DNA from: an uncultured virus (IMG/VR IMGVR_UViG_3300027608_000025)
Taxonomy: Duplodnaviria; Heunggongvirae; Uroviricota; Caudoviricetes
Length of the DNA stretch: 20,000 nt
Reading direction: 5' to 3' (one strand)
Virus record (IMG/VR): IMGVR_UViG_3300027608_000025
Shown one piece after another: positions 7,780-15,896 of the stretch; position 1 is the first letter of the stretch; each line of letters begins with the position of its first letter. Position numbers and translations under genes: made by a program. The notes under the pieces are model-generated. The model saw only the letters and a list, made by a program, of their open reading frames with translations, searched no databases and was not told where the DNA came from.

Positions 7780-8883
7780 ATGGCAAACTATTTTACAAGA
7801 TTTCTCACTGGTGTCGGCGAAGGTTTATTAACTCCTAAAGGTCAGAGCGCAAACTGGCGCCATGCCACCAAGTTGTTCATAGATGGCAACATGCGGCTGG
7901 CTCCTCGCACCAAGTTCAACTACTATGTGAGATTTGATCTAGACAAAAGTGTGGTGCGTGTTCCTGCATTTACACAAAAACATCATGAAGAAATTGGCCT
8001 GCTAGTCAAAACAGTAGAACTACCTAAGTATAATTTTGATAGTGTGGTAAAAAATCAGTATAATAGAAAAAAATTAGTCTATAAGAATTTCAATTACGAC
8101 CCTGTGTCCATAACCATGCACGATGATGCTACGGGAGTTATCAATGCGATGTGGGCTGTATATTATGGATATTATATTGCTGATAGACAATTGCCAGAAT
8201 CGGCCTATTCTGAAACCAAATATCGTGCGGCTGATACTCCTAAAGACAATTTCCGATACGGTATGGACAACGATGTCACTGCTGGATTTTTTAAATCAGT
8301 TAGCATTTATACCATGGCACGCAGAAGATTTTTAGGATACACTTTGATTAATCCAAGAATCAAATCATGGAATCACGGTAACATGGATTATGCAGCTAGT
8401 GAATTTGCAGAAAGTACCATGACTTTGGAATATGAATCAGTTAAATATTCAGCGGGACAGGTATCATTTAATAATCCCAAAGGATTCGCTACACTTCACT
8501 ATGATTCTATGCCAAGCCCTATATCAGTGGCAGGTGGCGGCGTTGCTACACTAACCGGCGAAGGCGGTGTCCTAGACGGGCTAGAGCAGATATTCGGAAA
8601 TATCGGCTCCGGTGCTGCGTTCGACAGCAAAGGAGGGTTTCTCAGCACTGCCATTGCATCAATAAACACCTACAAGAATTTTAAATCTCTAACACCGGCA
8701 CAGTTGAAATCAGAAGCCATCAATATACTCAGCGATCCAGGAAATATCTCATCAGCTATATCTACAGTAGGTGGAGTTATAGGTGCGGCATTTCCAAAGA
8801 GTGCGACACCGACGCCATCTACCACAGCTACTCAACGACCGTTGGTAGGAGACTTCCCCCCAGCACCAGGAAATCAAGCATAA
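7780..8883 (+). CDS. Tube-fold baseplate / tail-tube initiator protein (gp48/gp54-like)
   Basis: VKTVELPKY, NQYNRK, YDPVSITMHDD, YTLINPRI.SW and TMTLEYE parallel the tube motifs; G/A/S-rich C-terminal extension; adjacent to the tube gene. Confidence 0.65.
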   Translation: MANYFTRFLTGVGEGLLTPKGQSANWRHATKLFIDGNMRLAPRTKFNYYVRFDLDKSVVRVPAFTQKHHEEIGLLVKTVELPKYNFDSVVKNQYNRKKLVYKNFNYDPVSITMHDDATGVINAMWAVYYGYYIADRQLPESAYSETKYRAADTPKDNFRYGMDNDVTAGFFKSVSIYTMARRRFLGYTLINPRIKSWNHGNMDYAASEFAESTMTLEYESVKYSAGQVSFNNPKGFATLHYDSMPSPISVAGGGVATLTGEGGVLDGLEQIFGNIGSGAAFDSKGGFLSTAIASINTYKNFKSLTPAQLKSEAINILSDPGNISSAISTVGGVIGAAFPKSATPTPSTTATQRPLVGDFPPAPGNQA

Positions 8884-8884
8884 C

Positions 8885-9250
8885 ATGGCTACCAATCTAC
8901 CCTCATTTGAAATCCAAGACAGTGCCGCAGGTACCAAGCTGTATTTTGACACCTACGGTGAAGCTGCGCTGGAGTTCGCAGCCAACGACGTCACAGCCGC
9001 TGTGAGCTTTTTCACTGCCGCAGGTTTTGACTCAGATGCAGCTGCCACTGTGGCTATGACACTGCTGCGCCAGGCTAAGATTGATGCTACTCCTATCTCA
9101 CAGATCTTAGATACGCTTACCGGGACGAACAAAAACAAACTCAGCCAATTAGTTGGAGAGATACTGAACAATAATCGTGTGCCAACCAGCCTTCTGGGGT
9201 TTAGAACCGCAGATGTCAAACCTGCCCAGATCAGAAACATAGCTGCATAA
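8885..9250 (+). CDS. Hypothetical protein (121 aa), probably virion-associated
   Basis: Fills the gap exactly between neighbours; its stop overlaps the next start (TAATG). Confidence 0.7.
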   Translation: MATNLPSFEIQDSAAGTKLYFDTYGEAALEFAANDVTAAVSFFTAAGFDSDAAATVAMTLLRQAKIDATPISQILDTLTGTNKNKLSQLVGEILNNNRVPTSLLGFRTADVKPAQIRNIAA

Positions 9251-9690
9251 TGGGCAAATTCGCACAGGGTAGATTTGAAATGAAAAATCCTGCCAAGTAC
9301 GTAGGATTAAAAACTCCGTTGGCTCGCAGCTCATGGGAATTCGTGTTCATGCGGATGTTGGATGAACACCCAGGCGTACAGAATTGGGCCTCAGAAAGCA
9401 TCAAGATACCCTATAGAGATCCCCTGACTGGTCGCAGTACCATATATGTGCCAGATTTTTTTATCGTGTATCAAGATAAGAATGGTGCTAAACACGCAGA
9501 AGTTGTAGAAGTTAAACCTTCTAATCACACATTTAGAGAAGCTGTGGGCAGAAGCCAATATAATCAACAGCAGTATGTGAAAAACATGGCCAAATGGGAA
9601 GCTGCTAACGCTTGGTGCAAACAGCAGAACATAAAATTTAGGGTGATAAACGAAACAGACATTTTCCATCAAGGCACAAAACGAAGATAA
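9250..9690 (+). CDS. Head completion nuclease (T4 gp4-like, TnsA-type PD-(D/E)xK)
   Basis: NPAKYVG, RSSWE..FM, WASE.I.IPY, YVPDF, EVKP, N.AKWEAA..WC and FRVINE.D motifs. Confidence 0.9.
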   Translation: MGKFAQGRFEMKNPAKYVGLKTPLARSSWEFVFMRMLDEHPGVQNWASESIKIPYRDPLTGRSTIYVPDFFIVYQDKNGAKHAEVVEVKPSNHTFREAVGRSQYNQQQYVKNMAKWEAANAWCKQQNIKFRVINETDIFHQGTKRR

Positions 9691-9697
9691 GTATGAT

Positions 9698-10174
9698 ATG
9701 ACCAAAAGACTTGAAGAATTGTTAAATCTAGAAACCACAGAACACACGGCAGCAACGCCAGTTGAAGCACCTACACATGAACAGGTACAGAGCCTGGATG
9801 ACAGCTATCGCAGAGTGGCCGAAATCACTAGAGGACTGCCGCAGATCAAAGAGCTCGATGAGTTAGATGATAGAGAACTAGACGAGCTGGCTAAAAAAGC
9901 AGAAGCTGCATATGATGATCTAATGGATCTTGGTATGAACGTAGAAGTTAGATATGCAGGGCGTATCTTTGAAGTAGCTGCTAGCATGATGGGCAACGCT
10001 ATCACTGCTAAAACCAATAAGATAGATAAAAAACTCAAGAGCGTAGATCTACAACTAAAGAAGCTGAAAATAGACAATGACGCAGGTAATGAACAAGACG
10101 GTGTCATCAACGGTGCTGCCTATGTGATCACAGACCGCAACGAGCTGCTGAAAAAATTAAGCGGAAAAGCATAA
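9698..10174 (+). CDS. Probable terminase small subunit (T4 gp16-like)
   Basis: 158-aa helical protein with RIFEVAASMM...K followed by a coiled coil and a terminal DRNELLKKL, reminiscent of gp16 (PR.+EV...++). Preceded by the variant box TAAGTA-N4-ATG. Confidence 0.55.
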   Translation: MTKRLEELLNLETTEHTAATPVEAPTHEQVQSLDDSYRRVAEITRGLPQIKELDELDDRELDELAKKAEAAYDDLMDLGMNVEVRYAGRIFEVAASMMGNAITAKTNKIDKKLKSVDLQLKKLKIDNDAGNEQDGVINGAAYVITDRNELLKKLSGKA

Positions 10175-10177
10175 ATA
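10172..10177 (+). promoter_or_regulatory. Late-promoter-like box overlapping the upstream stop codon
   Basis: GCATAAATA-CAAGT-ATG(10183); the TAA is the stop of the previous gene. Confidence 0.75.
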
Positions 10178-10182
10178 CAAGT

Positions 10183-10749
10183 ATGAAAACTTTTAAAGAA
10201 TATCTCACTGAAAACAAAAAAATCTACAGCTTCAAGGTCAAAGTTGCTGGCGACATTCCTGAGAATTTTCAGGAAAGTCTCAAGACCAAACTAGAACGCT
10301 GCAAGGTCGTGACCTTTGAAAAGATGAGCACAACACCTATACAGAAGTTTCCGCTGGATTTTCCAAACAAAAGCAACATGGAAGTCACTGTGTTTGAAGT
10401 TGTTACAGAATATCCGGTAACTCCTCCAGAAATTGCTGTTATGATCAAGGGCTCCGGAATCACTGAAGACTGTTTTCGTGTACGCGGCAGCGGCGAACCT
10501 ACAGAAATGGATCAGCTGCTCATGGACAATGAGCCCACAGGTGATGCACTGTTAGATGAACAGGACATGGACAAAAGCACAGGAAAAATCAAACACAAAG
10601 ATTATTTCGGAGATGATTTCAACAAGAGTTTCTTAAAAGATTTAACTAAAGCTGCCAAAGATCGCAAGAAGGATGGCATCAACGTGGAATACAAACTGCC
10701 TAAGGGCAAACAAGACAAAGCAGGTGCTAAAAGCGCCCTAGGGAGTTAA
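10183..10749 (+). CDS. Hypothetical protein with a capsid-targeting-like N-terminus (188 aa)
   Basis: Intact ORF starting MKTFKEYLTE. Confidence 0.75.
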   Translation: MKTFKEYLTENKKIYSFKVKVAGDIPENFQESLKTKLERCKVVTFEKMSTTPIQKFPLDFPNKSNMEVTVFEVVTEYPVTPPEIAVMIKGSGITEDCFRVRGSGEPTEMDQLLMDNEPTGDALLDEQDMDKSTGKIKHKDYFGDDFNKSFLKDLTKAAKDRKKDGINVEYKLPKGKQDKAGAKSALGS

Positions 10750-10752
10750 TAC

Positions 10753-11508
10753 ATGGATTTCAATCAATTAATGGCACGCATGCGTGAACTGGATCAACCC
10801 ACAAATGAGGGAGGTTGCGGCATGGATTCGCCAATGGCACCGCCTATGTCTCCGCCCATGAGCATGACTCCGCCAAAACCAGACACACCACCACCTACAA
10901 TGAGCATCAATCTAAATGCCCAAGGCATGGACAACATCGAGTCATTGATGAAATTAGTGACGAAAGTGAATCCAAGCATGGATAAACCGATGATGCCACC
11001 GAGTATCAGTATTGAGCCTATGGACAAACCAGCAGGCATGCCTCCAATGGGCGGTCTTGGAGACCTAGACCGAGGTCCTTTAAAAATGCTGCCAGATCTA
11101 GACGCAGACAACGATGATATGCCAGGCGGTGAAATGGACAGTGACTATGATGACAGCGGAGATCTAGATGCACATGAAAAAGATCACGCTGATGAAAAAC
11201 CATTGATCAAAACTCTAGACCGTGATGACGACGGCGATCATGACATGGACGATCATGACGCAGAGAAAAAAGAAAAAGATGAAGCGTTCGGCAACAGTGT
11301 AGACGATTCCGAACCCGGCTACAAGACTATCGCCGATGTGATGAACAAAGGCAACGATCTAAACAGACCAAAGAAAAGCTTCAGCGGCAAACCATATCGC
11401 GGTGACAATCCTATGGCAGCTGGAGCATATGAAAGCAAAGAACAACTACGTGCCGGCATACGTGCAGAACTCATGCAACGTTTGGCAGAAGCTAAAGGAG
11501 CGAAATAA
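10753..11508 (+). CDS. Hypothetical low-complexity Pro/Met- and Asp-rich protein (251 aa)
   Basis: Tightly packed ORF; its stop overlaps the next start; SD GGAG for the next gene lies at its 3' end. Confidence 0.75.
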   Translation: MDFNQLMARMRELDQPTNEGGCGMDSPMAPPMSPPMSMTPPKPDTPPPTMSINLNAQGMDNIESLMKLVTKVNPSMDKPMMPPSISIEPMDKPAGMPPMGGLGDLDRGPLKMLPDLDADNDDMPGGEMDSDYDDSGDLDAHEKDHADEKPLIKTLDRDDDGDHDMDDHDAEKKEKDEAFGNSVDDSEPGYKTIADVMNKGNDLNRPKKSFSGKPYRGDNPMAAGAYESKEQLRAGIRAELMQRLAEAKGAK

Positions 11509-12209
11509 TGGCATCAGGATTCCAACAAAACACAGATCAACTTACACCGGGGTTATATCGTGTGGTAATTGATCTCACAGGTTATTCAACCACAGCAGCT
11601 AATGAAGATGCAGGTGGCGTTGAAACCAGAGACAACAGTGCGTTCGCCACACAGGTCACTACCACAGCAATTGGCCGACGCAGAGCCAGAGGCAATCTAC
11701 GCTGGCAAGGAATTTTAGAAAATCTAGGCCGAGGTGGCGATTTTAGGATCTTAGACATAGAAGAACTAGAAGCTACAGGTCCAAGCGTGTTAGACAATGC
11801 AGACGACACCACTACTACACTTACCTTTACCGTGCAGTATGACAGAGATGCCTTTGTGTTGGGCAACGTACAAAACTTCCTGATCGCCGAAGGCAGAGTT
11901 AGCGGTGGTGTGGCTAAGAATTCAGATCACGAAACACTGGCCTCAGCAACTACCTGTTCAACTACTGCATTAGCCATAGAGGAGCTTGTGGTAAGAGGCA
12001 TTACCAAAGGCTATCAGGACTACGTGACCGATGTCAGCACAGCAGTGACCAGCACGGATATATTCAAAAGAAGTTATCGTGTATTTGATGGCACTAATGC
12101 CATTGAGAATCAAGAAGTTCTCACGGTGAAAGCACCAATCACACCAAAAGCAGCTCACACAGATGTCACTGTTACTAATATTGACGGTACCACTCTGCCA
12201 ACTACATAA
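11508..12209 (+). CDS. Hypothetical Thr-rich protein, probably structural (233 aa)
   Basis: SD AAGGAG upstream, TAATG coupling, followed by a terminator. Confidence 0.75.
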   Translation: MASGFQQNTDQLTPGLYRVVIDLTGYSTTAANEDAGGVETRDNSAFATQVTTTAIGRRRARGNLRWQGILENLGRGGDFRILDIEELEATGPSVLDNADDTTTTLTFTVQYDRDAFVLGNVQNFLIAEGRVSGGVAKNSDHETLASATTCSTTALAIEELVVRGITKGYQDYVTDVSTAVTSTDIFKRSYRVFDGTNAIENQEVLTVKAPITPKAAHTDVTVTNIDGTTLPTT

Positions 12210-12224
12210 ATCCAGCACACACCC

Positions 12225-12252
12225 AAATAGGCTCTACGGAGCCTATTTTTTT
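12225..12252 (+). terminator. Intrinsic terminator with a C(UACG)G tetraloop
   Basis: AAATAGGCTC-TACG-GAGCCTATTT plus a T tract. Confidence 0.88.
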
Positions 12253-12255
12253 CAG

Positions 12256-12261
12256 TAAATA
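12256..12261 (+). promoter_or_regulatory. Late-promoter-like box, 5 nt before the terminase ATG
   Basis: AGTAAATA-AACAT-ATG(12267); no SD. Confidence 0.75.
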
Positions 12262-12266
12262 AACAT

Positions 12267-13853
12267 ATGGGAAAATCACTAGACGGCGTACTGATTAAAA
12301 AGGCTCATGCTCAGACCAAATACACAATGGATGAGGTCAAGCATCTTGAAGCCTGCTTGGATCCTGTCACAGGACCTTTGTATTTCTGCACTAACTTTTT
12401 AAAGATACAGCATCCAACTCGTGGCGCTATCAATTTTGAACCCTACGAATATCAAGAAAGATTGATAAAAAGCATACACACTAATAGGCAGTGTATAGCC
12501 ATGCTGCCTCGCCAGATGGGCAAGACCACCTGTGCTACTGGTTATCTGCTTTGGTACACCATGTTCATACCTGACTGTCAGGTGTTGATAGCTGCCCACA
12601 AGTATGAAGGTGCCAAAGACATCATGGACAGATATAGATTTGGTTATGAAAATCTTCCAGACTTTATTCGTGCAGGAGTTTATTCATACAACAGAAACAC
12701 CATTGAATATGACAACGGTGCTAGGATACAGGCCACAACTACAACAGAAAACACTGGTCGTGGTAAATCTCTTTCATTGATCTACTGCGATGAGTTTGCG
12801 TTTGTGCAGCCGCCAGAAAAAGCCAAAGAGTTTTGGACAGCTTTGAGTCCCACACTAGCCACTGGTGGTAAGTGTATAATCACATCCACACCAAACTCAG
12901 ACGAAGATCAGTTTGCGTTGATATGGGCCGAGGCCAACAAGCGTTTTGACGAATTTGGCAACGAAGCCGAAGTAGGACAGAACGGATTTGCTTCATACAC
13001 AGCTCATTGGTCAGAGCATCCAGATCGAGATGACGCATGGGCCAACGTGGAAAGATCTAAAATTGGTGAAGAACGTTTTCGTCGTGAGTTTGAATGTGAA
13101 TTCTTGATCTTTGATGAAACGCTGATCAACTCTGTGAAACTGGTCGAGTTAGCAGGCTCAGATCCCACAATGACCATGGGACAAACACGCTGGTACAAAG
13201 ACATAGATCCCAAGGCCACCTATCTAGTGGCTCTAGATCCCAGCCTAGGCACAGGCGGAGACTATGGTGCCATACAGGTCTATGAAATGCCTACAATGAC
13301 CCAGGTAGCAGAATGGCATCACAACCAAACTCCAGTGCAGCAGCAGGTCAAACACATGCGAGAAATACTGAGATACATACACGATCGTGGAGAAGAACAG
13401 GGCGGTGTACCACAGATCTATTATTCAGTGGAAAACAACAGCCTCGGTGAAGCTGCGCTGATAGTGATCAACGACATAGGCGAAGAAAACTTCTACGGCC
13501 TGTTTCTCTCAGAACCCATACGCAAAGGACACATACGCAAGTTCCGAAAAGGATTCAACACCACGCACCGTTCAAAGATCACTGCCTGCAGCCAACTGAA
13601 AAATCTCATTGAAACTAATAAAATGAGCCTTAAATCAAAACCCTTGATTTCAGAACTCAAGACTTTTGTAGCCACTGGATTGGGTTTCAAGGCCAAAAGC
13701 GGTGAGCATGACGACCTAGTATCCAGCACACTGTTAATCATACGTATGGCCGATGTACTGGCCGATTGGGATCCGCAGATCTACGATAAAATGACTGAAA
13801 AAGTCTCCGAAGAATCTATGCCTATGCCGATCTTTGTTAGCATGGGCCTTTGA
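12267..13853 (+). CDS. terL: Terminase large subunit (T4 gp17-like)
   Basis: Adenine-binding YQ motif (PYEYQ), Walker A PRQMGKTT, Walker B LIYCDEFAF, coupling motif ITSTPN, nuclease acidic motifs ALDPSLG, VENN and HDDLV. Confidence 0.96.
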   Translation: MGKSLDGVLIKKAHAQTKYTMDEVKHLEACLDPVTGPLYFCTNFLKIQHPTRGAINFEPYEYQERLIKSIHTNRQCIAMLPRQMGKTTCATGYLLWYTMFIPDCQVLIAAHKYEGAKDIMDRYRFGYENLPDFIRAGVYSYNRNTIEYDNGARIQATTTTENTGRGKSLSLIYCDEFAFVQPPEKAKEFWTALSPTLATGGKCIITSTPNSDEDQFALIWAEANKRFDEFGNEAEVGQNGFASYTAHWSEHPDRDDAWANVERSKIGEERFRREFECEFLIFDETLINSVKLVELAGSDPTMTMGQTRWYKDIDPKATYLVALDPSLGTGGDYGAIQVYEMPTMTQVAEWHHNQTPVQQQVKHMREILRYIHDRGEEQGGVPQIYYSVENNSLGEAALIVINDIGEENFYGLFLSEPIRKGHIRKFRKGFNTTHRSKITACSQLKNLIETNKMSLKSKPLISELKTFVATGLGFKAKSGEHDDLVSSTLLIIRMADVLADWDPQIYDKMTEKVSEESMPMPIFVSMGL

Positions 13854-13859
13854 TAAATA
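13854..13859 (+). promoter_or_regulatory. Late-promoter-like box, 5 nt before the ATG
   Basis: TGA(stop)-TAAATA-TACTT-ATG(13865). Confidence 0.75.
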
Positions 13860-13864
13860 TACTT

Positions 13865-15733
13865 ATGGACGCAAGAAATAACATAGCAACAGATTTATTC
13901 TACAAGGTACGTAGTCGGTTTTCTGGCCTTAAATTAGGTGCGGAAACCGGGGAAATAACCATCAATCCTGAAGAAGCTCGATTCTTTGATTTTGACTACA
14001 TGGAAGGAAAGACTCCCATAGGACATGTCAGTATCAGTCTTGCAGAACCCAACTCGATGAAGGTATATTTCAGTCATGGTATTTCTGAAGGCATGGATGA
14101 AAAACAAAAGGTCAATTGGTACGGTTTCCTCAAAGAGCTGCGCCAATTCGCTAAACGTAGACTACTGAGTTTCGACACCAGAGACATAGCCAAAGACAAT
14201 CTAGATCGCAGGGACTACGAATTTCTAGTGCAAAACTCACAGCCCAAGCAGACCAAGCAGGACACTATACAAAAACCAGTCGGAGAAAGTATGATGGCAG
14301 AAAGCAATATGTATGGTAGTAGAACCATGAGCTACCAAAAATTAATGGACACTAGATTGATTATCAAACACAACCAAGCGGTCATGGATGAGAATCAGCC
14401 AGGTGCAAGAACACGCCACATAGGTGCGTTGTTCGTGGAAAACCAAGACGGTGAAAGATTCAAATATCCTTTCATCCATCTAGCAGGTGCTAGAGCCATG
14501 CAGAGACATGTGGCCAACGGTGGCGTTCCCTATGATGATCTAGGCAAGAGCATAATTGGCATGAGCGAAGAAATCGCACAGTTAAAGAGTTTTGGTAATT
14601 ATGTTGTACGTAACGATCTTATGAACTCAGATACAAATTCAGTAGTAGAAAGATCAACCACTTACCTAAATCAATTGCGCGAGCAGATCAAGGCACTGAG
14701 CAAACAGAGCCATTACGAAGCATACAAAGAAAACTTTCAGGCCTATGACAGTGAAGAAATTCCACAGGACGTGGTAGAAGATTTCAAAGAAAAATTCACT
14801 GTAAAATCATTCAAAGAAGATATCGCATCAGTGTTTCCTGTGTTGTACAGACTGATGAAAGAAGGAAACACCATAGGCTACGACGACATAGTCGCAATGA
14901 CACAGGAAGAAATAGCCAACGAAGATCTAGAAGTCAGTGAAGACGCCTATGATCCATTTGATCAATTTGAATCATGGGTGATGGCACTGGGTGAAGAATC
15001 CGCTATCACCTCAGAAGATCCAGAAGCACAGGCCACTGCCGTCCAGAGCCTACAAGAACTAGTAGGACAGCATTTCCCCGCAGGCGTAGATGGCACTAAT
15101 GCCATAGAAAGCCTCAAAGGCATCATAGAAGATCCAGAACTATACAAACGCATCAAAGCACAGGCCGCCGAAGACGCAGACTCATGCGTGAGACCATTGG
15201 TCAAAGAATGGTTAGAATTAAATGCTCCAGAAACTCTAGAGCAATTAGATTTTGGTGATATGGTCGATGAGCCGGAAGCAGCCCAAGGAGGTGACCAAAC
15301 TGCCCCGGAAGGAGAACCAGTAGCAGTTGATCCAGCCGCAGCCGAAGTTCCTGTGCAACAACCAGTTCCGCAGGAAGCTATAGATCCTGACAATCCCAGA
15401 GATTATGAGAGACCTGCGATTGATAGAAAGAAATCTGGTCAAGCACCATTAACAATGAAAGACGTCAAAGACAAAGATGAAAAATCAGAACGTGATCGCA
15501 AAGAACGCTCAGGCATAAAAGTTGAAGAACTAGCAGAATTTATTACATCATTCTATGACAGGCAGTCAGGTACGTTCCCTAAAGGACCTGAAGGTGTAGT
15601 GATAATGGTAGGCAAAAAGTTTGGCGAACAGGCAGAACAAGTTGCTCGAAAGTTTGTAGAGCGCATGGCCCCACAACAGCAAGATCCACAGATTTCAGAA
15701 TTGGCTCGTATCAGAGAACTAGCAGGCTATTAA
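13865..15733 (+). CDS. Large acidic hypothetical protein (622 aa), possibly head-internal or core
   Basis: Long ORF with a Glu/Asp-rich C-terminal half ending ELARIRELAGY. Start corrected from TTG 13850 to ATG 13865. Confidence 0.8.
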   Translation: MDARNNIATDLFYKVRSRFSGLKLGAETGEITINPEEARFFDFDYMEGKTPIGHVSISLAEPNSMKVYFSHGISEGMDEKQKVNWYGFLKELRQFAKRRLLSFDTRDIAKDNLDRRDYEFLVQNSQPKQTKQDTIQKPVGESMMAESNMYGSRTMSYQKLMDTRLIIKHNQAVMDENQPGARTRHIGALFVENQDGERFKYPFIHLAGARAMQRHVANGGVPYDDLGKSIIGMSEEIAQLKSFGNYVVRNDLMNSDTNSVVERSTTYLNQLREQIKALSKQSHYEAYKENFQAYDSEEIPQDVVEDFKEKFTVKSFKEDIASVFPVLYRLMKEGNTIGYDDIVAMTQEEIANEDLEVSEDAYDPFDQFESWVMALGEESAITSEDPEAQATAVQSLQELVGQHFPAGVDGTNAIESLKGIIEDPELYKRIKAQAAEDADSCVRPLVKEWLELNAPETLEQLDFGDMVDEPEAAQGGDQTAPEGEPVAVDPAAAEVPVQQPVPQEAIDPDNPRDYERPAIDRKKSGQAPLTMKDVKDKDEKSERDRKERSGIKVEELAEFITSFYDRQSGTFPKGPEGVVIMVGKKFGEQAEQVARKFVERMAPQQQDPQISELARIRELAGY

Positions 15734-15754
15734 AAGTTTCGTCGCAGTTAGATC

Positions 15755-15778
15755 GGGCACTTCGGTGCCCTTTCTTTT
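15755..15778 (+). terminator. Intrinsic terminator with a C(UUCG)G tetraloop
   Basis: GGGCAC-TTCG-GTGCCC-TTTCTTTT; UUCG loops are typical of T4-type terminators. Confidence 0.9.
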
Positions 15779-15811
15779 GGCAAAACAAAATCAAAAAAAC
15801 GCAGATAATCA

Positions 15812-15840
15812 TTGACCTTGATAAATAAAAAGCGCATAAT
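15812..15840 (+). promoter_or_regulatory. Composite promoter for gp32: sigma70-type with a nested late box
   Basis: TTGACC (15812-15817), 17-nt spacer, CATAAT (15835-15840); TAAATA at 15822-15827 lies inside the spacer; SD AGGAGG at 15883-15888. Confidence 0.65.
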
Positions 15841-15896
15841 AAAACATGTGCATAAGGCATATAAACATTTTAGGCATAACATAGGAGGCATTTAAA

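Noticed and set aside
9250..9690. TnsA-like nuclease as evidence of a Tn7-type transposon
   Set aside because: It matches the T4 gp4 head-completion family in a virion gene context; no tnsB/tnsC or terminal repeats are present.
15781..15896. CRISPR-like mini-array or tRNA in the intergenic region before gp32
   Set aside because: The repeats are only 6 nt with irregular short spacing, and there is no cloverleaf or cas gene.
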